From assembly GCF_009914755.1 (NCBI RefSeq), contig NC_060947.1: a stretch of DNA of 64,000 bases. The stretch is one strand, 5' to 3'. This DNA comes from the human T2T-CHM13v2.0 reference genome, Homo sapiens. Shown here piece by piece: positions 1-16,350 of this stretch. The translations under genes were made by a program, and so were the position numbers. Under the pieces are notes generated by a model. It did not search any database and was not told where the DNA came from. It saw only the letters and a list, made by a program, of their open reading frames with translations. Each line of letters starts with the position of its first letter. Within the stretch, counting starts at the first letter, position 1.

Positions 1-1008
1 TTCAAGATTTTTCCAGTGAACAGACATCTGTATAAATGCTTCCTTGAAGTCAATAAAGAAGAAAATTGTGAAGACTTTAAATTAATGATAATTTAGTTTT
101 TAAGTACCCACAAATAAATTTTTGAAACATTATCTTTACTTGAAAGTTAGATGTCATCCAGGAAAATCACTCAATAATAATTATGGCAAACCGTTAACCC
201 CTCATTTGGTTAGCTTAAGATAAGTAATGCCATTATTATTTCAGAATTGTTTCATGACTTTCAGTTTAGTTAAGAAAATAAAAAGGAGCATTTCTCATAT
301 TTTAAAAAATGAGACTAAGAAAGGAATAAAGAAATGTAACTATTGGAAAATATCAAAGTGTATCATTTTTAAAGCCTTTGGTGGCACTGAAGATATGATT
401 ATTAGTAATTGTTAGATAGGGTTTTACTCATTCAAAATAGAAGACTAGCAAGCATGTAACTAACAGAGTTTTTAAAAACTTTACTTTGTCTGTGGAATAC
501 TCTGAAAGTTTGGCCATTTTGAGGCACAAGGTTTATTGATAGAGCTCTTTCTATAATTTCCCAGCATACCTGCCTCACTGTTATCTTCCTTCCATTTTTC
601 ACTCTCTTTTTCTTCTCAGTGCCATCCTGCCTAGGCTCCCATCATCTGCATCTGATGCCTTTCCTTTCTTTCTTTGCTAGTCTCCTTTGCAGTGGGACAT
701 GGCTAAGCTCTGTAGAGCTGCCCAAAAACTCATTGTCCCATCCTGTAGCCAGTAAAACATACCTCCAAAGTATCACAGGGTAATTCTACTCTCCCTTCCA
801 AATTAAGCCCACCAGAAATATTAGTGAAAGGACATTAAAAATGTAACAGGTGACATGTTTAGCTAACATGGATCTGGAGAAATAGGAAGCAGTAGAATTA
901 AATGTTTCACTTTTAGGTTTAATTGTATTTGTTCTTGGGTTTTGTTTTATGCTGAGTTTTAAATATATTCTCCAAATAAAAACATTATTTTTTCTAACCA
1001 AAAAAAAA
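1..1008 (+). pseudogene. Probable 3' end (3'UTR-like) of a processed retrocopy or transduced sequence, parent unidentified; runs off the window start
   Basis: Non-repeat-looking AT-rich sequence ending in AATAAA (~975-980), followed ~20 nt later by an A-run (1000-1008) and an abrupt switch to old L1M 3' sequence; no meaningful ORF. Confidence 0.5.
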
Positions 1009-1520
1009 GAAAACATATATCCACACAAAACTTTGTACACAAATGTTATACTGGCTTTATTCATAGTAGCTAAAAGGTAGGAAAAATCCAGATGCCTTTA
1101 ACAAGTAAATGAATAAGCAAATTACAGTACATTTATACCATGGAATATTACTCAGGAACAAATAGGAGTAAGCTATACATAGATGCAAGTTGGACAATTC
1201 TCAAAGGCATTATACTGAATGAAAAAAAGCCAGTCTCAAAATGTTGCATAGAATAATATTCCATTTATAGATCCTTCTCAAAAAGACAAAATTAAAGTGT
1301 CGAAAAACAGATTAGTGGGTCTCAGGAGTTAAGGGTGGTGATAGGATATGACTACAAAGTAATAGCATGAGGGAGTATTTTGGATACTGTAGCTGTCTTT
1401 TGTCATGATTATGATAGTGTTATATGAGCCTATGCCTGTGTAAAAATTCATGGAACTGTAGACCAAAAATACCATTTTGCTTTATTATAAAAACTGAATT
1501 TAAAATAAATTTAATATAAA
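1009..1520 (+). mobile_element. Old L1M (L1MB/MC/MD-type) 3' end fragment
   Basis: Motifs such as gaaaacatatatccacacaaaac, aaaaaaagccagtctcaaaa and aaaattcatggaactgta; resembles the L1M tail at 59380-59860. Confidence 0.75.
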
Positions 1521-2401
1521 AATACTAACCATGTAGTTAATTAAGTATGGATGCAAATCACTCAAAATAGTGGAATGGAGCTATATAGTGAACCTTAAGT
1601 ATTCAGCAGAGGAATTGGGGATTTGTTCATCAAGTAGTGGTGAGGAAATGAACATTTAAGTTGAGCAGTGAAAAGTCTATTGGGAGTTGATTTATACAAA
1701 TACCACTTTGAAAAGAATGGACGACAGATGGAAAGAAGTGAAACAGAAAACGGGAAATATTCTGTATGAGAGATAATAAACCTCTAAAAGGAAAAGGAGA
1801 GCAAGAAGAGAAAAGGTTTGGTGAGGTCTAGATTTGTTACATGTTATGATAAAATCTACAGGAATTCCTCACTGATTTCACTGGCAGGAAAAAAATGCTT
1901 TGTTAGTAAATTCTTTATTTGAAAGGACCCTTCCTTCCTTCGCTTTGACTAAGAGCCCAACTTTATAAAATTCTAGAACAGCGGGACTTTGTGTATACAT
2001 TTGCTAGGCAACACTCTATCTTGTGTCAGAATGGAAGTTCTGGAATGCAGATCCTGGGACACAACTAGCCATGCCAAAGAATGCAGACTCCTCACCACCT
2101 GACTGTTCTGTGAGTGCTGGCTCTATCCCCAGATTCTCACAGTAATAATAGCTGAAACTTACTGACTGCTTACCATGTGCTAGGCACTGCTTTTTTTTTA
2201 TTATACTTTAAGTTTTAAGGTACATGTGCACAACATACAGGTTTGTTACATATACATACGTGTGCCATGTTGGTGTGCTGCACCCATTAACTCTTCATTT
2301 AACATTAGGTATATCTCCTAATGCTATCCCTCCCCCCTACCCCCCGACAACAGGGCCCAGCGTGTGATGTTCCCCTTCCTGTGTCCATGTGTTCTCATTG
2401 T

Positions 2402-6222
<3,821 letters not shown>

Positions 6223-6284
6223 TATGATGATAGCTGGTTGTTTTGTCGTTAGTTGATGCAGTTTCTTCCTAGCCTCGACTGTCT

Positions 6285-7298
6285 TTACAATTTGGCATGC
6301 TTTTGCAGTGGCTGGTACCAGTTGTTCCTTTCCATGTTTAGTGCTTCCCTCAGGAGCTCTTGTAGGGGAGGCCTGGTGGTGACAAAATCTCTCAGCATTT
6401 GCTTGTCTGTAAAGGATTTTATTTCTCCTTCACTTATTAAGCTTAATTTGGCTGGATATGAAATTCTGGGTTGAAAATTCTTTTCTTTAAGAATGTTGAA
6501 TGTTGGCCCCCACTGTCTTCTGGCTTGTAGAGTTTCTGCTGAGAGATCAGCTGTTAGTCTGATGGGCTTCCCTTTGTGGGTAACCCGACCTTTCTCTCTG
6601 GCTGCCCTTAACATTTTTTCCTCATTTCAACTTTGGTGAATCTGACCATTATGTGTCTTGGAGTTGCTCTTCTCGAGGAGTATCTTTGTGACATTCTCTG
6701 TATTTCCTGAATCTGAATGTTGGCCTGCCTTGCTAGATTGGGGAAGTTCTCCTGGATAATATCCTGCAGAGTGTTTTCCAACTTGTTTCCATTCTCACCG
6801 TCACTTTCAGGTACACCAGTCAGACGTAGATTTGGTCTTTTCACATAGTCCCATATTTCTTGGAGGCTTTGTTCATTTCTTTTTATTCTTTTTTCTCTAA
6901 ACTTCTCTTCTCGCTTCATTTCATTCATTTGATCTTCCTTCACTGATACCCTTTCTTCCAGTTGATCACATCGGTTACTGAGGCTTGTGCATTCATCACG
7001 TAGTTCTCGTGCCATGGTTTTCAGCTCCATCAGGTCCTTTAAGGGCTTCTCTGCATTGGTTATTCTAGTTAGACATTTGTCTAATCTTTTTTCAAGGTTT
7101 TTAACTTCTTTGTCATGGATTCAACTTCCTTCTTTAGCTCAGAGTAGTTTGATCGTCTGAAGCCTTCTTCTCTCAACTCGTCAAAGTCATTCTCCATCCA
7201 CCTGTGTTCATTGCTGGTTCGGAGCTGCATTCCTTTGGAGGAGGAGAGGCACTCTGATTTTTAGAATTTTCATTTTTTTTCCTCTGTTTTTTCCCCAT
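6285..7298 (-). pseudogene. L1 ORF1, frameshifted
   Basis: ORF pieces 6608-7030 and 6285-6614 (REKG, YPAKLNL, QPLQKHAKL); ATG at 7296-7298. Confidence 0.92.
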
Positions 7299-8306
7299 CG
7301 TTGTGGTTTTATTTACCTTTGGTCTTTGATGATGGTGACGTACAGATGGGGTTTTGGTGGGGATGTCCTTTCTGTTTGTTAGTTTTTCTTCTAACAGTGA
7401 GGACCCTCAGCTGCAGGTTTGTTGGAGTTTGCCGGAAGTCCATTTCAGACCCTGTTTGCCTGGATATCCTCAGCGGAGCCTGCAGAACAGCTCATATTGG
7501 TGAACCGCAAAGGTTGCTGCCTGATTCTTCATCTGGATGTTTTGTCTCAGAGGAGTACCTGGCCTTGTGAGGTGTCAGTCTGCCCCTACTGGTTGGTGGC
7601 TCCCAGTTAGGCTACTCGGGGGTCAGGGACCCACTTGAGGAGGCAGTCTGTCCGTTCTCAGATCTCCAGCTGCATGCTGGGAGAACGATTACTGTCTTCA
7701 AAGCTGTCAGACAGGGACATTTAAGTCTGCAGAGACTTGTGCTGCCTTTTGTTTGGCTATGCCCTGCCCCCAGAGGTGGAGTCTACAGAGGCAGGCAGGC
7801 CTCCTTGACCTGGGGTGGGCTCCACCCAGTTCGATCTTCCTGGCCACTTTGTTTACCTACTCAAGCCTTGGCAATGGCGGGCGCCCCTCCCCCAGCCTCG
7901 CTGCGGCCTTGCAGTTTGATCTCAGACTGCTGTGCCAGCAATGAGTGAGGCTCCGTGGGCGTGGGACCCTCCGAGCCAGGCACGGGATATAATCTCCTGA
8001 TGTGCCATTTGGTAAGACTGTGAGAAAAGCGCAGTATTTGGGTGGAAGTGACCCGATTTTCCAGGTGCCGTCTGTCACCCCTTTCCTTGGCTAGGAAAGA
8101 GAATTCCCTGACCCCTTGCACTTCCCAGGTGAAGCGATGCCTCTCCCTGCTTCGGCTCACACTCACTGTGCTACACCCATTGTCCTACACCCACTTTCTG
8201 ACAATCCGCAGTGAGATGATCCTGGTACCTCAGTTGGAAATGCAGAAATCATTTGTTTTTTGTGTTTCTCATGTTGGTAGCTGTTCCTATTTGGCCATCT
8301 TGGCTG
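7299..8306 (-). promoter_or_regulatory. L1 5'UTR (sense and antisense promoter region) retaining the ~129-bp ZNF93-target segment (~7424-7551) and a truncated ORF0 (ATG 7874, + strand)
   Basis: Extra segment between gggtactcc and aacagacctg that is absent from L1PA2/L1HS; ORF0-like MAGAPPPASLRPCSLISDCCASNE then stop; YY1 motif caagatggcc at the 5' end. Confidence 0.8.
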
Positions 8307-8995
8307 AGGCCCTGCTTTAACTGCTTTCTGTGCACCGTTTGTTTAATCATGTTAAAAACTCTCAGAGGTTATACCATTATCATTCCCTGTTTGGAGATGT
8401 AGTAATTAAGACACAGACTTGCCTACAATTCATATAGAAAGTAAGTGATTGAGCCAATATTGAGAACTTAGGTAGCCTGACTCCGTGGCCAAGGCTCTTC
8501 AATATTATGCTTTGCTACCTCATAAGAGGCCAAAGATCCTTGAACGAAGGTGAGTAGAAACAGAAAATCTCCTAGTAGCTTTCTCTGCCTTTACTACTTC
8601 CCTTCAATCATTTCTTCTTTCTGTGTTACCTACTATTATTGTTATTTTGCCTATGATTAAATACTCCTGTCTCATTAACACTGCCCTCACAGTGACTTGG
8701 TAGGAAATCTCTTAGTAGTCCTCATATCTCTGCCTCTATTGTAAGTATTTTATGTGGTGCTTGGTGAGTATTCCTACTAGTTTATCCTACTATGGAACTC
8801 TATGCTTGCATATTTCAGAGTCAGAAAGTGAGTGGGGCTGATGGACTGCTGGGATAAACAGAGCAGGCTTTCTATATGAATTAGTTCATGGGTATGTGGA
8901 ATGAGGATGTCTTGTCTTCATGCTAGAGAAATATCAAAAACCAGGAATAGGGAGCAAGTTTCGCTGAAGGGAGGCTATGCTTGATAATACTAAGT

Positions 8996-9211
8996 CAAGG
9001 AAACTACAGGCAGCTGGTCAAAGCTAGCCTATTACCAGTTTTTGTAAATAAAAATTTATTGGAATACAGCCATCCATTCACTTATGTATTGTCTGTGGCT
9101 GCTTTTGTGTGATGACTGCAGAATTGAATTGTTGCAGTAGAGACCATATGGCCCACAGAGGCTAAGATAACTACTATTTGGCCCTTTGCAGAAATATTTT
9201 GCCAGCCCTTG
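8996..9211 (+). mobile_element. MER58A-like hAT-Charlie DNA transposon
   Basis: gtttttgtaaataaaaatttattggaatacagcca ... agagaccatatggccc ... ggccctttgcagaaa ... tttgccagcccttg. Confidence 0.8.
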
Positions 9212-9450
9212 ATGTATGAGATGGAGCATCCTGTATTATTCGAGGTTTCTATGCAGGGAAATGCTAAGAGATTAAATTTGAGTTTTAGATAGAGACATTT
9301 GGAAGCACTGAGAAGAAGAAATCTAGATTCAGGGGCCAGAGAGATCAAAACAGGGTAAAAAAGAACTAGCGAGCACTGAGAGCAAGTAGATAAAAGGGAT
9401 TAGCATTTAGATGTGCCAGTGAAGATAGGTTTTCCAGGATTTGACTGAAG

Positions 9451-9500
9451 TGTGTGTGTGTGTGTGTTTGTGTGTGTTTGTATGTGTATGCATGTGTATG
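9451..9500 (+). repeat. Imperfect (TG)n microsatellite
   Basis: Directly visible. Confidence 0.9.
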
Positions 9501-11418
9501 TCGAGAAAGGAGGATTTCTAATTCTGAGAAAATGAGAGGACAGAGAGAGGAACATAGTACAAAAAGATAGAAGAAATACCCTCCCATTTCTGTAATTTCT
9601 GTTTGAAATGACCACTACATTTCTTTCTGCAGAAAGAGTTTTCTTTGCAGAAATTTTCCCTAGGGCTGGTCTGCCAGTATCTGTATTTCTTAGGCAACAG
9701 TGCCCCTAGTGTCTATATGACAGTATCACAATCTGCTAGACAAGATTTCTTGATGAGGGCTTAAAAAAGACCAATTGCAAAGATCACATTGCTGAGACAG
9801 TTTTTCTTCTTTGTCAAAATTGATATAGATGACCAGGTACACTCTCACCAGAAATACACTGGTAAAGTCTGCTTATTAGGAGAGGCTGTGGAGGGTGGAC
9901 CTGGTGTCTTTTTTTTGCCTTGTGAGGCTAATTCATATAAATGTCAGGTATAAAAATAGTATCTTCTTTCAAGAAACTGCCTTCAGCTTTGCCATATCTA
10001 CAATGCCATGGACTAAGAATAACACCTTAATGAGTTTTGAGGGTTACTTTTCATAGGTGGTCTATGGCAGGAACTACTGAATTTATGAACTGCCCCTCTT
10101 TGTCATCCTTTGCCTATCCTTCAAGGCCAGGATAGTTGCCTTCCAGTTGAAGCCTTGTTAGGATGTGAAAGCACAAGAAGATGCCAAGTCAAGATCCAGT
10201 CCCAGTTGTGCAAAGCACCACCCCTATCATGTAGAAGCCTGGATGTCTTAGTCCTCAGGGCTGCCCTTACTTTTCCAGGGGATAGCCATAATTCTCAACC
10301 AAAAGTCTTTAGTCTCAACCTTAAACACACACTGAGTGTGTCAATTCAGTGCGCGGTCCTCCCTTATACACTTTCAAGGGAGACTGGCCTATCTTTTGGC
10401 ACTAGCCTCAAGAAGCCAGGAATGGCAGGCAGCCATGAGCTACACATCATGGGAATTAAATTGAAAGTGTAAATGAAAAGAGTATAATGGGGTAGGTCTA
10501 CTGTGACTTTTGTTCTGCTTTCAATCTCTAATTATTTTGGCATGGAACAATTAAAGTAAATAATGACTAGTTACAATTTTGTCAATATATTTCTTGCAGA
10601 TTGAATGTGTTCATGCACAGATTTTATCATCTTGTTACTCAAACGACTGATGGCTTCTGACCCTGCCTGAAAATTTCCTAAGAGGTAACAGTTCTAGGAC
10701 ACAGGTGAGTAGCAAGTGGGATTGCCCTCCCCACTTCCTTTTTTATTTTTTCCTGTTTTCACTATTTCCTTCTTTCTTCTCCATCTTTCCTGAATCTAAG
10801 TCCTCTCAATCTGGTAACCCCATCACTAATGGACATTTTTTTACTTTATTAATTTTATGTTATTTTTACATGTGATCTATACTTGTCATACATTTTTAAG
10901 TGTACGATACAGTATTGTTGACTGTAGGTACATTGTTGTATTCATTGGGGGGTAATCCAGAACCAGCATGTAGACTAGAAAGAATTCTAGAACAGGAGTT
11001 GTGAAAAGCTCCTTCTAGAAAGGAGTTGAAGTTTATCATTAAGTATCTTACTGGCATGGGGAATATTGCTTAATATGTCTGATGTCTGGTTTCTCACCTT
11101 TATTAAGGGGGTAGAGCCAGATGAGCTCTGAGATACCTGAAATCCATTTGAAATACTTTGAAATCCATGAACACATCTTTTCTAGTTCCCAGTGTTTCTG
11201 TGGGAGGATACAGAGATATCATGAGTTCACAATAAAGGAGAGTAAGGAAAAGGGAGAAGATGAAGAAAAGAGCTCATTCAGTGAGAGAGGAGTTAATTCT
11301 AACCCATGACATCTGTGGAGACTTTAGGATGAGGTGAGAAGTGAGCATAATTTGAATATAAGGGAAGATAACTTCATGTTAGAGGCTTGAGTTTGATTCT
11401 TGGATCACTGGGGAAGCA

Positions 11419-11590
11419 AGCTTTGGAGCTAGACTTCCTGGGTTTGAATCCAAGCATCACTACTTAGCAGCTATGATATTTATATGATTTAGAATCATCC
11501 ATACCATGGGGATAAAATGGTAATTTGTTATGATTAAATGAGTTAACATATATAAATGTCTTAGAACAGTGTATGGTAGTTAGTAATGTT
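11419..11590 (+). mobile_element. MIR SINE
   Basis: gctttggagctagacttcctgggtttgaatcc ... attaaatgagttaacatatataaa..cttagaacagtg. Confidence 0.75.
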
Positions 11591-11907
11591 TCTGTACAGA
11601 GAAATGGTAGGTGACTAGGTAAACTTTTGATACACTTTTTGTAGATACTATTGAAGATGGATGCTAGAGCTTCAAGAGTCAGTTGTAGGTGAAACATAAG
11701 CTATTGAGATGTCTTCTGGGCTAGAAAGCAAGCAGGGTTCAGACCCACTCCCTCTCCCTCTCTTGATGTCCCTGTCTGTTTAATCGAGGGGTTTTCTCTG
11801 CAGAAATTTTCCCTAGGGTTGAGCCTGAAGGTTCATGTTGGAGGAGAAGTTAAACAAGTATTTGTTCTCTCAAATGCTCAGAAGAGTGCCTGGCTCATAG
11901 TAGACAC

Positions 11908-12060
11908 TATATATACATATGTATATATGTGTATATATACTATACATGTATAGTATATATGTATATATATGTATATATACTATATATGTATATATATACT
12001 ATACATGTATAGTATATATATACTATACATGTATAGTATATATGTATATACATGATATAT
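11908..12060. repeat. AT-rich (TA)n-based repeat with palindromic units, inside a probable L2 3' end
   Basis: Three copies of tatactatacatgtatagtata; flanked by agtgcctggctcatagtagacact and gtgaatgaa (L2 tail-like). Confidence 0.85.
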
Positions 12061-15000
12061 GTGTTACAAGTGAATGAAAGTTGGGACAATGGAATGAAAT
12101 AGAGTTTACATTGCACACTAGACAGATTACTCTGGGAATGATAAAACCTTTCTGATGAACTAAGGGGAGAGAGACTGCTGATGTGCATGTCATTTGGGAG
12201 GCTCTCCTAGCAGTTCAGGTGAGATACAATCAGGGCTCACACCAGGATATGGGACATGTGAGTAAAGAGTTGATTGAGTGGTGTGGCCTTCCAGAGGTCA
12301 AAAGTGTAGAACTGGATAAAAGTGGGGTGGGTATGATGGCTAGTATTCAGCCTCAGTGACTGACCAGTGTAATATGTTTCCTAGAGTAGTAGAAACTGGA
12401 GTGGAGGTGATGAAGGTGAGCAGAAGAGGTGAAAGTGGGAAGAAACCCACCTTGCTTTTGCCCCAAGATTTGTTTTCAAGGGCCACTCTCTCTCCTGCTA
12501 CACCTTGAGGCATATTCCAAAAACCTCCTTTAGGACTTCTGGCCAGGATTTCTATAGTTAGGCCATACTGTCTCTGCGGTTCACAATAAGGTGGGGTGGG
12601 TCTTCAAATTGAGAAAGCCAAAGACCATGTGAGCAAAGAAGGTGCTTACCATACTCAATCAGAAGTGGACTTCAGATTCATTAGAGGAGTATGCTGGCAT
12701 CAAGACACCACTGAATATTTCAAACAAAGGTCACTTCATCATGTGTTTCATTCTGGAATTGGGTATTTTTCAAATTTCCTTATTTTTCACATTCAAATTT
12801 CCTTTATATGCAAATATTTAAAATATCTACAAATTCTTGTAAAATAAGACTAAAGAAAGGAGGACTTTCCCACAGTTGAGTCCACTGAACCAAAGTCAAT
12901 CTGGGTTTTCCCCCGTTTTATTGTTTTCTGTATTTATCCATAAATGATTGGTTTCTCAGACTAGGATGATTGCTCTTCCAAGGCAGGTACCTGCTTTTCC
13001 TTGTACATTTCTCCAACACAGTACTTTGCCTGGCATTTCAGGCATCTTGTACTGGTATCTTATGGTTCGAATTTGGCCTCCTCATACCACCATTGATTAG
13101 AATTCGAGCTAGAATCCAGGGACTATGAAGCATGAGAACTCTGTAACGCGTCCAAAAGCTGATGTTTTTCTGATGGTTTCATTGATCCTTCTTTATGATA
13201 ATCAGAAACACCATCAAACAAAAGGGACCTTTGTGCATTTTCCTTTACTTGTAAACATGCAGAGACTTGGTCAATTGCTGTGCTGCAATTCATAATCCGA
13301 GGAGGTATTTTTCTTCTCCTGTTTTGCACCACAGGTATGATTGGTGTATACATTAAGGCCTAGCTAGTAGAGTTAGGTGGAAATAGTCAAGATGTGTTAT
13401 TACTATTTTTTCACTCTAAATATCCTAGTCCACATATATTAAGCTACGGTTGGTGGCTTTTGGTTTTCCAAATGTACATAAGAAAGTAAGTAAAGACAAG
13501 TTGGGGATCTTTTAAACTCAAAACATTCTTGTCTTACTGGTCTTTTTCAACAAGTTATCCATATTCTCTAATAAGACTTTAATTATGTAGTCCTTTCACC
13601 TTCATAACCCACACATTGGCCCACAGTCAACTGGGTACTTTTTCCTGTGAAGAAGCAACATGAAATGAACCAAGACTCCAGTTACAGCATCATGGTTCTA
13701 CTCCTGATTCTACTCCTGATCAGACCACTAAGGTGTGTGTGACCTGGGAAAACTCACTGGACATCTCTTTTTATCTTTTGTTATTTTCCCCACTGTGGGA
13801 AAGGTAAGGCCTCCAGCCTAGCCTATTCATCCTTCTCCATTTTTCTGATGAGTTCTCTTATCCATTTCCCATAAGAACTGTTTTCAAATTTCTCCACCTT
13901 CTTCAAACTTCTATACTGAAACCACAACACACTATTGAGGTAAGCTAGAGTTCATAAAACAAGGTCCCAAGGATAATACATGATCTAGAAGTTCTGCTGA
14001 GGCTTGCTGCCTTATTAGTGTTCAAGCCTCAGTGGTCCGCCACTGTTTCCTAGATCAGCACCCTCTCCCCCACACCCATCCTTATGTCATGCCCCCAGGT
14101 CCTTGAATATTGTATGTTGTAAGTTATGTGGAATATGGACAATAAAGAGATGCCATGCTGCTGACAGAGAAGTCTCAGACAATGCACTGTAAAAACAAGG
14201 TGGAGAAGATAGTCTCATGTATTATGGACCTTATGCAGATGAAATGTGAGGTCATGGGTATGGGAAGGGTTTGATCTGGGTGAATCTGCCAATAATTGGA
14301 AGAGATAGAAGTGAAGAGCGTGTGGAGGTATATTGTGGTCTACAGGCATACCTATATCCCTCGCATTTATTGTTTTTTGCATTTATTCATTTACTGTATA
14401 AGAGCCAACCTACTCCATCCAACCACTATGCTAGATACTAAAAATCTTGACACCACAGGAATTTGGAAAGTACAACACAATATGGTCTGATGTACCATAA
14501 AAATGGAATGTTTGCACTGGGTTTACTGGAAACTCATAAGAGGGCCACCTCATCTGGACTTGTGTTTCCATGTCAGCTTCTGGAAGGAAGTAACATCCAG
14601 TCTGAAACCTAAAGCATGAATAGTCATTGCACGGGCAAGCAGAGGTGAGAGATTGTGTTCTTGGCAGTGTGATTTGGCTGATGCAAAGGTCATAGAAACA
14701 CAAAAATTCTGCAAGTTACAGAAAATATATGGATTTTGTAATGCTTGTCAAGAGTGAAGGAAATGGTATGTAAAGCCTGGGAATTATTTTCTACAGATTT
14801 AAGGCAAATAGATAGTGGGGAACCAAGTTAGTGGGAAGTTTAATTGATACAAGAGATATTAATTGCATGAAATGTATAAGATTTGAGCTTATACTGAAAG
14901 ACTGGGGTGAGGTCTTTCTAGCACAGACTCTGGTTAAAGAAGAGCCATGAGCCAGATGTCAGAAATGTTAGAATTTTGGATGTGTTAGTGGAGTACCAGT

Positions 15001-15424
15001 GGTGATGTTCTATTTCCTGAAAAGTTTTGAACATTTATCAAAGATAAATTTAGTATATCCTTTAGTACATGGGAATTTCCTTTAAAATTTGTCCTTATAT
15101 TTGTTTCCTGTATGGAAAAATCATTGAGAAAACCAGGGAAAGACTGGATGAGTTGGGGGGAGGGGGGACTGGTGGCCTGGAAATTGATTCACAAAGGCTA
15201 CAATAATGGATTAAAAGAAAGGCGCTGAATTGCCTGCCAGAGGCAGTGGGAGGGGTGTGCCTTCTCCTTGTCTCCCCTTATTTGCATGTGAGACCGAGGT
15301 CCCAAGGAAACAGATGAGTCGAAAGGTCGTTTTTTCCTTTCTCACTGTCTTTGCACTCATATTGTTTGAGTCCCATGTCTCTAGTATAATGAACAGTGCA
15401 CACACAAAAAGGAAAGACTGCTGG

Positions 15425-15545
15425 CCTGGAAGCCTGGTGGCCTGGATCCTGGTCTGCTTTCTACCACTAAACGATTGTGTGTCCTTGAACAAATTCTTTA
15501 ACATCTCTGATTTCCAGTTTTCTCTCTGTAAAGTAAAAGTAGATG
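15425..15545 (+). mobile_element. MIR core fragment
   Basis: tgtgtgtccttgaacaaattctttaacatctctgatttccagttttctctctgtaaa. Confidence 0.65.
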
Positions 15546-16084
15546 TGCTTTGAATTTCCAGTTTGTACCTTGTAGTATTTGTATGTGTCTGTAGGGTGCC
15601 CAGTTGAGAAAATAATGCAGTCCCTGCTGTGTGGTGTCTTAAAATCCATATACATATAGCCGACTGTCATATAATAATGCTAATGATGAGAACCTTATGA
15701 GAGATATTGCCTTCAGTGACAGAAAAGGGAGTGATAAAAATTTCAGCTTAGGGAAGTCACAAATTTCTCATGTCAGTGATAAGATGTGAGCACAGCTTTG
15801 AATGATATAATAATGGGGGACAAATCAGGTTGAAGGAGCTAATCTCAGAATGTATAGGGCTTATTTTAGGGACACAACAAATAGTCCACAATGGATGGAT
15901 CATGAAGTGTTTTAGGAAAGGTATTGCTTTTGAAAAGTGGATGGGAGCTAGAACCTGTTGGTCCTAATACGCTAAGCTCAGGGGATTCCAGGCTGATCTT
16001 GTAGGTACTTTAGAGGAAGCAAATAGGTTTGGGCCTAGGAATGAAGTAAGAGTCAGATCAGTGCTTCAGAAAAAATGATTTTTG

Positions 16085-16350
16085 ATATTTAGCCTTAAAA
16101 AAGAATGAAATTCTGCCATTTGCAACAACATAGATGAACCTGGAGGACATTATGCTAAGTGAAATAAGCTGGGCAAAGAAAGACAAATACTGCATGTTCT
16201 CACTTATATGTGCAATCTAAAATAATTGAACTCATAGAAGCAGAGAGTTGAATGGTGGTTCTCAGAGGGTGGGGATAGGGTAAATAGGAGATATGGGTCA
16301 AAGGATACAAAGTTACAGTTAGACAGGAAGAATAAATGACAAGTATTTAA
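16085..16350 (+). mobile_element. L1MA/L1MB 3' fragment
   Basis: gccttaaaaaagaatgaaattctgccatttgcaacaacatagatgaacctggaggacattatgctaagtgaaataagc. Confidence 0.8.

Noticed and set aside
13123-13353. 76-aa minus ORF (and a ~56-aa plus ORF) in unique DNA
   Set aside because: No recognisable homology or exon context; length is within chance expectation
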